NCBI GenBank assembly: GCA_050084985.1
Contig: JBITNC010000002.1
Location: 26,412,001 to 26,476,000, forward strand
Direction: 5' to 3'
Origin: Nageia nagi
Lineage: Eukaryota; Plantae; Pinophyta
DNA length: 64,000 nt
The position numbers were made by a program, and so were the translations under genes. Below, piece after piece: positions 1 through 12,853 of this stretch. The notes beneath the pieces are model-generated. The model did not search any database. It was not told where the DNA came from and saw only the letters and a program-made list of their open reading frames with translations. Numbering within the stretch: position 1 is the first letter of the stretch; each line of letters opens with the position of its first letter.

Positions 1-326
1 TGAAGCAACTTTTGGAGAATGGTAAACCTTCTTGAAAAGTTTAAACCAAGGTAGATTTGTTTAAGCTTATCCCAAGCTTCCTTTGCCGAGGTTGAAGAGG
101 AAACCATCAGGAGCACATCATCTGAAACTGCATGGTAAATCATGAAGGTTGCCAACTCATTCTTCGTGTTGTAAGCCTCTAATGCCTTCTCATTTGTAGG
201 AGGTACAAGGTTTTCATTCACTGTTTGCCAAAGCTTCTTTGTCTACAACTCAGCTCTCATTCGAGGTTCCCAAATCCCAAAGTTGGAACCATCAAGAATG
301 TGTTTGGGTAAAAAAGATTCTCCCAT
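1..326 (-). pseudogene. Copia gag N-terminus with one in-frame stop
   Basis: MGESFLPKHILDGSNFGIWEPRMRAEL*TKKLWQTV...SSSTSAKEAWDKLKQIY, showing the LDGSNxxxW and AKEAWDKL Copia gag motifs. Confidence 0.88.
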
Positions 327-2488
327 TTGCTACACAAAAATGTGAAAAATAATAAGCATGTGATTTAATAAACAACATTAAATGTTAAGTTTTAACCAAG
401 TAAATAATACATGTTACATTTACCACTAAAGACATGTTTGATTTGATTCACAAGTGCAAATGTTTTACAACTCAAATAATAACCCATGTACCCAAATACA
501 TCTCATCTCAAGAACCGTAGATGTAGAGTGATATTGTTGAGGCTTGTTTTCTTGTCTAAAAATTAAACCTTCACCTGGATGCCCACACAAAAGGAGCCCA
601 AGTACTACCAATCTTCAACCAGTTCACCTTGATAAGTTTTATACTCTCACAAGGAAAAGTACCTACTATTTTCCAAGGTTATGACGTTTATTGGATCAGC
701 CAAATTATTAATCTTGATTAAGTTTCAAGTTGTCCTAGGTTATCAAGATAATCCCTAAATGGACCTATGGATGTGGTATCACTACACACATACCTGTCCA
801 CCTATTGGAGTTAAATCTAGACCAACAAAGAACTTAAGGGCAATTGAAAAGTACAGACTTTTCATCACTTTATCGTCGGACTTAAAGGCTCCAGTCCGCC
901 TATCCTTATCTCATGGCTCCCCAAACAAGTCATGTTACGGAATGTACATGCGAATGTGTTCATTTTAGGGGGTTGCTCATATCAATGCGATTTTTGCATA
1001 AGTAAATAAAGCAAAATGCAAAACATGAAGTAAAAGAGCATAAAATTAAACATCATGCATTCATAACTTGGAACCTAAGAGTCCAATGGGTTTTGTTTAC
1101 TAACCCCTAAAGGACGTTTTTACATAGTCAAAACTTTGCAAAAGCCCATCTTTGCAAAAATATTAGAGGCATCAAGGATTCATGCATCATTTCATAAATT
1201 AAAAAAATTAAGTAATAAATATGAATCATTCATAACTTAAAATAGATATGCACCATTCCCATAATTTTCACAAGTTTATTTATTAACTTTGCATAAGGAA
1301 TAAATACTTGGTTAGGCATCATTATTTCCATAATTAACTTTGCATAAGAAATAATCATGCATCATTTTCATAATTTGCATCAAAGTTTCTAAGTAGTGAA
1401 CATACATCCTAAGCATAAGGAACAAAGTAAATTTTTATTTTAAGTAAAAAAATTATCCCTTCAATAAATGCTTAGGAAAAAAAGTTAAAAAAATGAGGCT
1501 AAGTTCTCATTTTCACCATACTAAAAATAGCATGCTAAACTGAATTTCTTTTTCTTTTAGCAAAAAATATATATGCCCCCCCCCCCTTTATTACTTTTAA
1601 AAATAACACTATGTTTAGTTAAAAATGTATATTTTAGAAGTATTAAAGTGTAAACTTGCTAAAAACATTCTTGGATTCTTGCCACATTTTTCTAAAAGTG
1701 GAAAGGCATTTAAGAGGAATGATTACAATATCATGCACAATAAATTTTCTCCTAATTTTAAGAGCAATAAATATTTTCCTCCTTTACTTTGCTTAAAAAA
1801 TACAAGCACTAAACTTTTAAAGGCTCATCATCATAAACGTCAAAGTAAAGCATTTATTTTGGAGTAAACTCTTGCCAGAAATTAATGCTTTTAGGTACAT
1901 TAACAAGTTAAAATGATGGTCCTCCTGTGTTTTTTTTAGAAAGCCTACAAGTAATCCCAAAAAACTGTCAAAGAAGAAAAAAAAGATAGTCATTAAATGA
2001 TCGATTTAATAGGAGCGTAGGGTTAATTTTTTTGAAAAAAGAGACTACGCCAGAAAAGGACTGTGAAGGAAATGCAAGGCTACAAGTAGGTGCATGTTGG
2101 ATTGGCAAAGGAGGTAGGGAATGACACGGCGGAGAGGCGATAAGGGCGACACAAGCTACAAAGGAGGCATCGCTTGATAAGTTTGGCACAACATGTTTCA
2201 AGAGGCCCGTTCTTCATCCATAGCGGGCAAGAACTACCCTACAACCACCCTTTGGTGGGAAAGAACTCTCAAACGGGGAAGAAGAACAAGCCATGGTGGC
2301 CACGACGTGGGGTCAGGGCGGAGCGTAGGTCAACCATCGTGCATGTACCATTGGGCTGGCAAAGGTCGTGGTGGAGAGCAATGGGCGACAGAGGCCACCA
2401 AGGAAAGAAAAGGGTAGGGTTTGGTCGGGCTGTAAGGACTCTCACACGACGAAGACAGGGTTTGGTCGAGCTGAGAGGACTCTCGCAT

Positions 2489-2633
2489 GACCGGGAACAA
2501 AATTGTTTTTCCAAAAAAAAAAAAAAATTGTTTTTCCATTGCCATAAGAAGGTTGACCGGGAACAAAATTGTTTTTCCATTGCCATAAGAAGGTTGACCG
2601 GGAACAAAATTGTTTTTCCAAAAAAAAAAAAAA
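2489..2633. repeat. Short tandem repeat GACCGGGAACAAAATTGTTTTTCC (3 full copies plus a partial one) with A-tracts, in the Copia leader
   Basis: Copies at about 2489, 2555 and 2596; partial copy at about 2524. Confidence 0.85.
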
Positions 2634-3226
2634 CCTAAACACAGGAAAAAAAGATTGTTTCTCCTCCCTTGATTATTTTATAAAGAAGTATAGCTCTCTT
2701 CTTTTTTATAAACTTTGTAAAGAAAAAAAACTTTATTTTTCTATAACATTCTATTTACAAAGTTATTGTAAAAAGTACAGTATTGACTATGTATGAAATA
2801 GCAAATATGTTAAAAAGTAGTTCCTTTCTTTCTTTTTTTTTTTTAAAAATTTGCTTGATATAAAAAAGGTTGATAAAATAATGTATAACAATTATACAAT
2901 ATTATATTGAGTTCATTTCTTCAAACAAATATGACTTAAAAATGTATACAAATTACATATTTTGCCTTATGTATTATTGCTCAATCATTAACATAAAAAT
3001 TGTTAGTAAAAAGAGCAATTATATGTGATGTTATTGAAGCAAAGTTTGCTAGGAATTGAACTAACATAATCATAAAAGAATGTTAGTATCAAAATGAACG
3101 CACAAAAAAAAAGGATAGGAGGTTATACCTCAAAATTGTTTTACCTTAATCAAAAAGAGTAATCCTCAAAAAAAAAAGTTGAAGATGAGTTTCCAAACCA
3201 AGGAAGTGAAGAGGAGCCTTCAAGTT

Positions 3227-3238
3227 GCTCTGATACCA
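3227..3238 (-). promoter_or_regulatory. Primer-binding site (tRNA-iMet)
   Basis: GCTCTGATACCA on the + strand, 2 nt from the LTR edge. Confidence 0.92.
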
Positions 3239-3760
3239 AATGAGAGAATTGAACTATAACATGAACAATCCTAAACTACCAAGATCACATGAAAGCTCTC
3301 AATTCACATCTAACTATCACACAAAAAGCAATTTCACAAAGATAACACAAGATGTAAGTGGTTCCTCCAACTAGGAGTACATCCTCTAACTAGATCTCTC
3401 TTCTTAACAAATATGAACTCTTACAATCTTCTTAATCTCAACTCCAAAACACTATCCTCTAACACAACTTGACTCCACAATTGGTGTGTTATCACAAAGA
3501 GGGAGCCTTCTATTTATAGGCCAAAATCCCTATTTGGATCACCCTTTTATCCAATATACAAAAGCATGACATGCATATCCTTTTACCCAAGAGGCATGCT
3601 CATGACATGGAGTGTAGGACAAGTTACATTATCATATTCACTTAAATACTTAAGGTATCAAATGATATCCTTAAATATTAATGAATTTACATAGAAGATT
3701 ATTATATAAACTTTACAATAATGCATTATACATTCCAACAACATAATCATGTAAGGTCCA

Positions 3761-6700
3761 TGTTAAGAAAGATCTTGTTCAGGATGTTAAATAATTTCCA
3801 TTTGGCCCTTGAAGCCTTCATATATTGTTTGGCATTCATGAAATGTATGACCAATGTAGAATCACGCATGACCCATGCTTTCTCCAAATTGATGCTTATT
3901 AACTTTAAGTCTTTTGAATGAAGGTGTTGTTGGCTTTAAGCAAATTAGTTGGTTTAGTTACCCCATGAGCCTTAAGGTTAAGGGGCTTTGGCATTGCAAA
4001 CTCTGTTGTGCCTACACAACACACCCCCAAAATTTTTGCATTTCGAGGACCCTCAGGAAAACAAAGAGGGAATTGCATGAAAGAAATTTGTCAAAGAGAA
4101 TGCATATCTTTCGGTCTAGTTTCGAGAACATGTTTAAATTGCATTTTCATGATAGTTGAAGTCAAAATCATGCATTTTCCAACCTGTTGCATGTTTTTCA
4201 ATGAGTGCTTTTGCACCCCTCTCAAACCATGCGACTAACCATCCTTCTCCATTTTTTATCCCTTGCATTTTCATGTTTGAAGGCATCCTGAAGACCTCCA
4301 TGTTGTAGGAACCCATCTACATTTCATGTGTCATTTTTATCAAAAAAGCAAAGGAAATAACTCATTTTCAGCCCGTCGCTTCCCACACTTAGCATTTTTT
4401 TGTTGCATCATTAAGTTGTTGCATGTTTTCATAAGAGTCCTTCTGCACCCCATGGAAAAGGTGTGACCAAGGTGACAACTTCTATTCTTGGCATTTTCAA
4501 AGTTGTCGCATGATTTTGGGTGAGTCCTTTTGCACTCACCAAAAATGGTGTGACCAGAGGAGACTTCATACTTAGCATTTTTTTGGAGCTTTAAGGTTGT
4601 CGCATGCCTTTTGAAGAGTCCTTTTGCACTCGTCCAAACAGGTGCAACCAAGGTGGAGAATACTTAAGTCGTTTTATTGGGCATCAAAGCTTGTGACAAG
4701 GTTTTTGATGAGTCCTTTTGCACCCATCCGGAACCATGCGACCAGATTAGTGGAAGGAAAATTGGCTAAGTGTCAGACTTCGTTTATTGACAAGTGGGAA
4801 CTCATGCACCAGACCTCCTTCCACACCTATTCCATGGCGATACCTGTCCCATCCGAAGGGCTATAAAAAGGAAGTCACCCCCCTTTGTTTCAGTTTGCAA
4901 ACCTGTCTAGGGTTAAGCGTGGGAGTAGAGAAGAAAAAGCACTCCTTCCAGGACGTGCAACCAAGGACCACTTGCATTTTTTCGATGTATCTTGAGATCT
5001 CAAGCCTTGGAAAGCATGCCAGGACTCAAGCGCAAGGATTGAGGCACATGTTTTAGCACCCATCCAAAAGGGTGGGACCAAGGGTTAAACTTCAAAATTA
5101 GTTTGGAATTTAGCTAAGTGCTTAAGGACCTAGTCGCATTATTTTCATCACGTCCTTTTGCATCCTTCAAGAAACATGCGCCCTTGTTTTTGGTCCGTTA
5201 TTTGACCCTTAGACGAACCAATTGGAAGGTCACACCTGACAACTACATAAATCTATAAATACCCCCACCCCTTGATCATTTCAATCACTTCATTTCAAGA
5301 ATTACCCTCTTCCCTAGTCACACCATTTCTCATGCATGCTTAGGCACTCATTCTAAAACGTGCGACCAAGGAGGAGGGAAGGTTTTGGGTACGTTGCACT
5401 CCAAGTTAGCCTTTTTTGCTAAGGCATTTCAGTCCAACCCCTGGACCTAGTTGCATACTTTCAAGCTATGCTCAAGGCACTCATCCAAAACCATGCGACC
5501 AGATCTAAAGTGAAGTATTGTGTTCCGAAAATTGACTAACTAACTCTAGGCCTAGTTGCATGCTTTTCAAGCTATTCTTTTGCACTCATCCAAAACTGTG
5601 AGCCAAGATTGGTCAAACGTCAAGGGTTGAAAGTGGAGATAAGTGATATTCCTACATGGCTTTGAAAATCAAAGCACCTACATTGAGAGCCAGGAAGGTT
5701 CAAAGCCAGTTGTTTGAAAGGCATGTGACTAAAAGCCAGATGACTCGGCTTTTGAAGGAAAGCCTGATTGAATTTCAGCAAAAAGACAAACCAGAGCTCC
5801 CTAAAGCCAAATTCAAGGGGAGACATATCTTCATTGGTGACATAGATTGGGGAAACTTGGACCCTATCCTAACCTTAGCCTCCAATCCTCCATCAGCAAA
5901 GAGTACTTATCAGAAGAACTCATCCACACATGCGGTTTGTTCAATGCCACTATGATGCCATTTGTAGTACCTTTTCCTGACCTATGCAATGAGGTAGCCA
6001 GGAAGTGTGAATATGACAAAAGGGTCCTGCGGGACACCGAGGGCAATGTGATCATGGACTTTTCCTCTGTTGGAGTTGAAGCAACCTTTGGCTGGAAAAG
6101 ATATGGGGACGATTATAAATTGGTTTATTATGAGGAGTTCCATGATTCCAAAGCCCGACCTAGGGACTACATTCGACCTTGGTTGCTTGAAGAGTATCAA
6201 AACCTTCAAGGGCAGAGGCTGATCAATGCACAGAGAGAAGAATTTATGCCAGTTGTGGCGAAGTTGATCACTCTCCTGTCTAGGGTGATTGGTCAGGAAA
6301 ATGATGTCAAGTATAGAAGAGAGTTCACAGGTTTCATTGCAGCTATCAGTTCAGGGAGACCTATCCGATGGGCTGGGGTAATCAGTGATGCCCTATGCCA
6401 CCAGTTGGCCTATTTTGGCTCCTCGAAGAGATTCTATATGAACTCTTATCTTGTGTACCTATTGTTGCATGGCAAAGCCAGATCCAAAGAGTTGGCTGAT
6501 GAAAGATACTTGGCGCAAAAGAGCACCCCTGTTTGGAGAGCTTACCAGAAGTGGTGGTACCAGAACAAGTTCCAGTATTTCTATGAGAGGACCGATTACT
6601 TGGAATATGATATCTACAAGGATATCAAAGGCAAGCCCGTTGTTAAGAGGATTTCTGATGCAGTTGTTCAAGCCATCAGCGTACATGCAGATTGCTTTCT

Positions 6701-9700
6701 GCAGGACGCTGAATTCACATATATCAAAGTCTATGGCTCAAAAGAGCAACCCCTGCTCCTGCTGAGATATGCCAGTGACAAGTTGATTCTCATGGAGTTT
6801 GCCAACCAAGAAGAAGAACGCCACCATAAATTTGCTTATTTCTATATCCAGATATGTGTGCCTGTCGTGGGTTGAGGCAACACATATGAGGGAAGAGATA
6901 GAGTAGTACAACTTCTTCAGGGACGCTACTACTAGGTACAATGATCCTAAGGGAATAATCACACATTTCTATGACACAGCCTTCCATAGGCCCATGGCAT
7001 TTCCACATAAGTCTTTGGGAAATAAAGAGAAGTATAGGAATGTGTGTGATAAAGGGGAAATTGCATGAATAGATGCTCTTTTGAGCAAGAAAAAGGCTCC
7101 CCTCCAGGTAGAAAAGCCCCCTCAAAGGCCTCGAAATACCAAGCCCAGATCTAAAGAGGGCCCTCTAAGGATCAAGTCTCCTTCTTCTGCTCACAAAACG
7201 TCCTCAACAGGAAAGACACTCTTGCTTCCTGCAGGAAAAAGGCAAGAGGCCTCGAGGGAGCCCATCCCCGGTCCCAGCAAATGTAGTGTAATAGAGGCTG
7301 ATCTCAGAGACGTTGGATATCATGCTCTCCCCTCGGATGTGCTGGACGATGTGGTAAATGCAGCTTGTGGTAGTGGTTCATCCACTAAGACAATCTCTTC
7401 CAGATCTTCCCATTCTCTTGGTCCCAGGGAGAAAGTTCCCCCTCTACAACCAAGTTCTAGCTCTAGCTCTGAATGTTCCTCTTCTTCTTCCGATGAAGAA
7501 ACTAATGAAGATCCTGATCGTACGGTGGAAGATTTTGGAGAAGAATCAGAAAGCCATAGCGAGAGAGATAAAAAAGATGTTGACAATGCTACCAATATGC
7601 CTAAGAGAGAGGACGTAGCTGTAGGTGCTTCAGCACCTCATGAAACTGAAATTGAAACCATCCCAGATGATGAGAGTAGACGTTGGTACCTATGATGATG
7701 ATGTCTAGATAATTGGGAAAAAGTGCGCTAGAGAGGTGGCTATATCTAAGTCCTCTCCTGCCAAACATAGGAAGAAGTCTCCTTCTTCTCATAAATCCTC
7801 TACCAAGAGGAGTCATGAGAGATCTCCCCAGCTCCGGAACAAAGGCTTATCTATAGGCGGTAATGGAGGAGATGAAGAAGACGAAGGAGAGACTGAGGGA
7901 CAGAAAAAGAAGAGGAGGTAGGAGGAGCATCAAGGCAAAGAAATCGTCGTAGTTCATACCACTCTAGCAAAGGAGGTTAAGAAAATCGATAAAGGAAGAT
8001 TGCTAGTGCCCTCAATGAGCAATCGAACATTCGGATCTTGACCTAGATGCTTGCCTTAGAGCCCTCACCATGAGTATGGCTCATGATGAAGACATAGACC
8101 AGGACCTACGTTCTAAAGATGATGAGGAAGAACTTTCAGATGGGGAGAAGATTCGGAGGGTGGACACTTTTGTCTCCACCTCTCGAAAAGAGATCTCCAT
8201 TAGACATTGCTACTCGAAGGAGAGTCACCCTCAAAGAGCGAAGGATTGTGTCATCGAGACATTCAAGATGCCTGTGAAACTAGGGTTGACAGCCAAAAAA
8301 CACATTGTTACTCAAAATGCTGCAATCATGGAGCAAGAAGGCTATGAAGCCAAAAAAGAGGTGAAGAGGTTGAAGAAGGAACTCACGGCTAGTAGAAAGA
8401 TTATCATTGAGTTCCAAAAAATTAGCACCACCCCTTTAAACCTACAGAAGCAGACTTCCTTCCATGAAGGATGCGAACTGATGAAGCAAAAACTTAGGAA
8501 CAAAATGATGGAGGCCATCGAGAGATTGTCTTCACAGATTTACAAACTCCTTGCTGAAGGTCTTAAAATTAGGGATCTCAAGACACAGATTTCAGCACAC
8601 CTTAGCACCTTGGATAGTCATCTTCCAAACGTTTCCCATCTGCAACATATTTACGCCGACAACCCTAAAAAGTTGGTCTATTGCCATGAGTTCACCTATC
8701 ATTATGATTGGTTGAACCACGCACTTGAGAAGTGCAACGTAGTCCTCAAAGTTAGAATCCCCTTGAGAAAGGAGGTTGAGGAACAAATGAATGAGTATCT
8801 TTATCAACTCAAGTTCCAAGGGGAGGATAACAATGTTAGGAAGAAGGAGGCGGTATTGGCAGAGGCCCAAAATCTGATCCAAGAGCATCTTGAAGTTGAT
8901 GATCTCAACTTGTTGAAGGCAAGGCATCCCATCATCCATGAGAGGCGGATGGTCATCTGGAGACACCAGATGCAGGCTACATTAAAGAAAATTGAAGGAG
9001 ATTTTCGGTAGAATGGCAATACTATTGGTATGATCTCCAGGGGCATGCAGAAGATTGTGGCACTCTTGGAGGAGACCATTGAGTCCTACGGTCTAATCAG
9101 CGAGGAGTGGAACTCCGCCCATATCGAATCAGATCTGGCCTAGGTCTGATTCAACCGTAGACTTCACCTACGGTATCTTTTCTTTGTTTAATGCATACTT
9201 AATGTTGGTTGTTATGTCAGACTTTATTTCATCCAATTTGACTGTTGTAGGGATGAGGTTTTGCTCCCACCAGGTCAAATCTGTCACTCATTTATGGCTC
9301 TAATTGGTGCAGGGACGAGGTTTTGCTCCCGCCGGTTTAGATGTCAAATTTTTTAGACTATTTATTGCATATCTGATTTACTGTTGCATAGATTAGTTAT
9401 AGATTAGATGCATTTTGACGGTGGCATTTATATTTTCTTAGCTTTAAGTGCCACTTGCATAGTTTTTTTGCGATCTGATTTCGTATCGATATTTGTGTTG
9501 CGTGTGTGCGCACCATATCAGATTTGATACCTTTAGGGCAGCACTTCTAGTGGCCTATTTATACCCCACTGGAGCCATTTAGAAGGGGATTTTGGCACTA
9601 GGGATTTTTTATCGGATTTTGACATGAAGGATTTTGATATGAGGAATTTATGCATAGGATCTTAACACAATTTTGCATGGGACTTCTGCACTTAATGAAA

Positions 9701-10976
9701 GAATCATATATTGGAGTTCTTGCATCTTTGAGATTTTGGCTATTGGGTTTACGTATGTAATCATTTTGAGCCTTTGCATATTATAATACTCACATTCCAT
9801 TGCATAGAGGTTTGCTGCATAAGGGGTTCTATGCATGTATCGTTGTTGAAAATCATTATGAATGTGTCTATCTAGAGGAATAAAATCATAAAGTTATACT
9901 GTGAGGAATATAATTTGTGGGATTGTGCATATTTGAATGGTTCTTTCTTTGGGCTGCTTATTGATTATTCATGTGAAAGAGTTTAATCCTTCTTTGCATA
10001 GTTTGCACGCAAGTGGATATATTCTTAGGCTTACAACATGTCTTTATATCATTCAGTTAGGTTATTGCACTCACGCCCACACTACACTTTTACTCCCTCC
10101 ATTGAGTCTTCCACAAAGACCCTACAGCTTCTTGCTCTCATCTTGTAGTGATTTGAGCATATTTGCTATTTGTTGCCTGGCTTGATAGTGAATGCATCAA
10201 CCTTAATGAATCTGAAGATGACCTGCCGAGACACTGAATCCCTGGAGATGTCTTCATAAGTTTTTTCCTTTCCTCGCATTCCCTTGCATTTATCCCTATG
10301 TTTGTCCCTGCATTTGTGATCTTTCTTCGCTTTCATTTACATTTGCAGTCTTTCCTCATTTGTGGAAAGGATATCCGGCATGTATTTCCCTTGTATATGG
10401 TTAACAACATGCATCTCTGACTGTTGAGCCATCAAGACCATATTCCATGTGAGCTCTTGGGGTAACCAGTCCTTTTAGGCGAAAACAAGTAACGTTGTTT
10501 CCTACAAGTCTTGTGCATGTTTTGGGTGAGGAAAGAAAAACATACCAACAAACTCTTTCCTCCTTAACCTTATTAGCTTTGACTACAAGCTCAACTAGAG
10601 GAGGGGGATTCTTCTTCCCAAACACTACATGAACCGAGGATTATTGGTTGGTTAATTTTCGGCTCTATTTATTCAATGCTTCTCAAAGGCATTCTTGTTG
10701 AGTTGTAAGAGTAGAATGCTCTTCCCGAATTCAAAATGCAAGTTAGGAGAGTTCTAGGATGCCAATTTTGTGTGTGAAGTTTGTAATTGATTAATAATAG
10801 TGTATTGGTCTTGAATCTTGCCCTTGGGACAAGTTGCATTAAATAATATATAGGGAGTGCAGGAATGTTCACATAGTAGGTTATGGTGTTATACGTAAGG
10901 TAAGAACATTCACTCATGGGAATGAGGCCCAAAGCATGGGAATTGAGTTTATTTCCCGTTAACACCTCTTTCATCA
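3761..10976 (+). mobile_element. ~7.2-kb LTR-like block (putative giant solo LTR of a Gypsy element) with an internal non-gag/pol ORF
   Basis: Starts TGTTAAGAAAGA and ends CTCTTTCATCA (imperfect terminal inverted similarity). Flanks GTCCA/GTGGA match 3/5. U3-like motif arrays at 4200-5600; TATA-like sites at 5253 and 9556; no gag/pol, PBS or PPT seen. Alternative start at 3750. Confidence 0.55.
5656..9143 (+). pseudogene. Degraded ~1150-codon retroelement accessory ORF (globular N-domain, Ser/acidic linker, coiled-coil-like C-terminus)
   Basis: Consecutive same-strand ORF pieces (5656, 5847-6875, 7081-7695, 7736-7921, 8070-9011) joined by a few frameshifts and stops. Motif IRWAGVISDALCHQL...RFYMNSYLVYLL; no RT, INT or gag motifs. 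Confidence 0.7.
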
Positions 10977-12346
10977 GTGGACCATCTAATTTCCTTCCTA
11001 TTATTAAGGCCCCTTAAATCTATGCTTGTAAATCCGATAAGCCCCTTCAATATATAGTATTCTATTAGATTGGTCCTTCCTCTTATAGATACTAATCCAT
11101 TAGATATAATTAGGCATTTAATAAATAATATTCTATTGGATTCAATAGGGCTAGCTAATGAAGGAATATATCTAATAGGGGGAGATGTGCTTCTAAATTC
11201 ATTGTTTTATTATGATTGGTCCATCATAGCATTGGCCCTCACCCACATCCTATAGTTGTGGATGTGAGTTGTGTGGCGCACCTCAATCTCTATTAAGGAA
11301 GAAAGGGAAATTATCAAAGATGCAGTGTGAATTGGTGCATAATAAAAAAAGCTAAATAATGTTCCATTCAATTTGACAAAATGTACATCATTTCCTGGAA
11401 AATAATAGAATTGTGATGCGTATTTCGCAATTTTATTCAATATCCATTATGACATGTTCCTAATATGGGCAAATTCATAGCATGTTATCATGCTAGTTCC
11501 ATTTACTTCAAAACTTGATGCAACTAGTACTCAAAACCAAACTCTTATTTGCATCTAACTAATTTAAAACCTTATCTTCCACCATAACACCAAAAATCAT
11601 GAGATTTGATTGACCATTCATCTCATAATTACTCAATCGATCACAGAAAAAATTAAAAAGTTATAATGCCTTCAATATGTTTTTCAAATAAACTTGATCT
11701 GGGATTACAAGAAATCAATTACTCATCTACTTCATCACATTCCACAAGCAAACCTTCGAAGAATATGTTCAGCACAATCTAAACATTACCTTAACAAAAC
11801 TATTGTATTCTCAAAAGTAACATTGGTGAATCCTTACATTTGCAACTTCTAATTTTCTTTTATTAATTATTGATTTTCTTGGAGAAGCTTTTCCTTTGCA
11901 AAATATTGTTCATTCAGTTGTTGGCAATAGCACTTTTTAAAAGAGTAAAATTCTTGGTCTTGGATACTATATTGATATTGTTGATTCGTTAGAAAGCATT
12001 TTTCCATGCATGAACATTGATTTTACCAAGATCTAACATTTGGTAGTCATAATATCAAACTATTGAGGCTTGAAAGTTTAGTACCCAATACACTTGAGAA
12101 TTGGATAACCGGAAAAGTTAAGAATTTTATGGAAATCCTATCCTCGTTAGGAAATGGGTTATCTTTCTATAAAATGTAGGAACCTTTTTTCTTGGGATAA
12201 ATAAAATGTTAAAGTTATGATTAATGGATTTGAAGAGAACAACTTGATAATTGTTGATACTTATGAAGGTAAACTTTCTATCAGGTGGCCAATGTGTATT
12301 GGCACCTTGGGCTAGGTGAACATATGTAGACTTCCTTAGTCAGAAG

Positions 12347-12510
12347 TAGAAATAGAAATAGAATATTATTAATGTCCTCAGGTGACCAAAATAGGTCAAT
12401 GGGACTCGAAAAGTACAATCTAGCTAAGAGCAGGAAATGTAGGGGTGAGAAACCCCAGAAACCGAAAAAGCAAAAGCAAGAAGCACTAAAGTTACGCTAC
12501 AAGTTACGTA
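12347..12510 (-). mobile_element. 5'-truncated LINE 3' end (same family as 45418-46813)
   Basis: Closely similar to 45419-45570, including the (TTTCTA)n tail and the TGACC/GGTCA hairpin. Confidence 0.85.
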
Positions 12511-12853
12511 GAGAAATGGTGGATGAAAGTCTGATAAAGTTTGAAACTTTTGATAAGATTATATTCTTTGATTAATGAGTAAAAAAAAGTGTATTGGTTG
12601 TTTTCACAAGTTTTCTTAGCAACACCAAGGATGATGTTAGTCCAAGCTGGGGAGACAATCATGACCCCACCTCTATGACCCACAAAACTTGATAATTAAT
12701 CTTAATTTGTGATAATATCTCCAAAGTATATTTGGACATTATGATGATTGCAAAGACATTTTAAGCAAGAATCTGGTAAGGGGGTAAGAGGGTGCCATGG
12801 ATCCAATAAGCTCAAGACCAGGGTTAGTCTTTAATGAGTTTTGACATTTAGAG

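Larger units (their letters stand above)
1..3740 (-). mobile_element. Ty1/Copia LTR retrotransposon, 5' part (5' LTR, PBS, long leader, gag start); runs off the window
   Basis: LTR 3241-3740 (TG...CA, TATA near 3510-3519); PBS TGGTATCAGAGC at 3238-3227; gag begins at ATG 326. Confidence 0.88.

Noticed and set aside
1968-2796. Overlapping ORFs of 66-154 aa on both strands
   Set aside because: They arise from a GC-richer leader and tandem repeats with A-tracts; the translations are not protein-like.
4190-5610. Repeat-spacer pattern reminiscent of a CRISPR array (also 30590-31800 and 43606-43847)
   Set aside because: Eukaryotic TE context, degenerate units, irregular or absent spacers and no cas genes.
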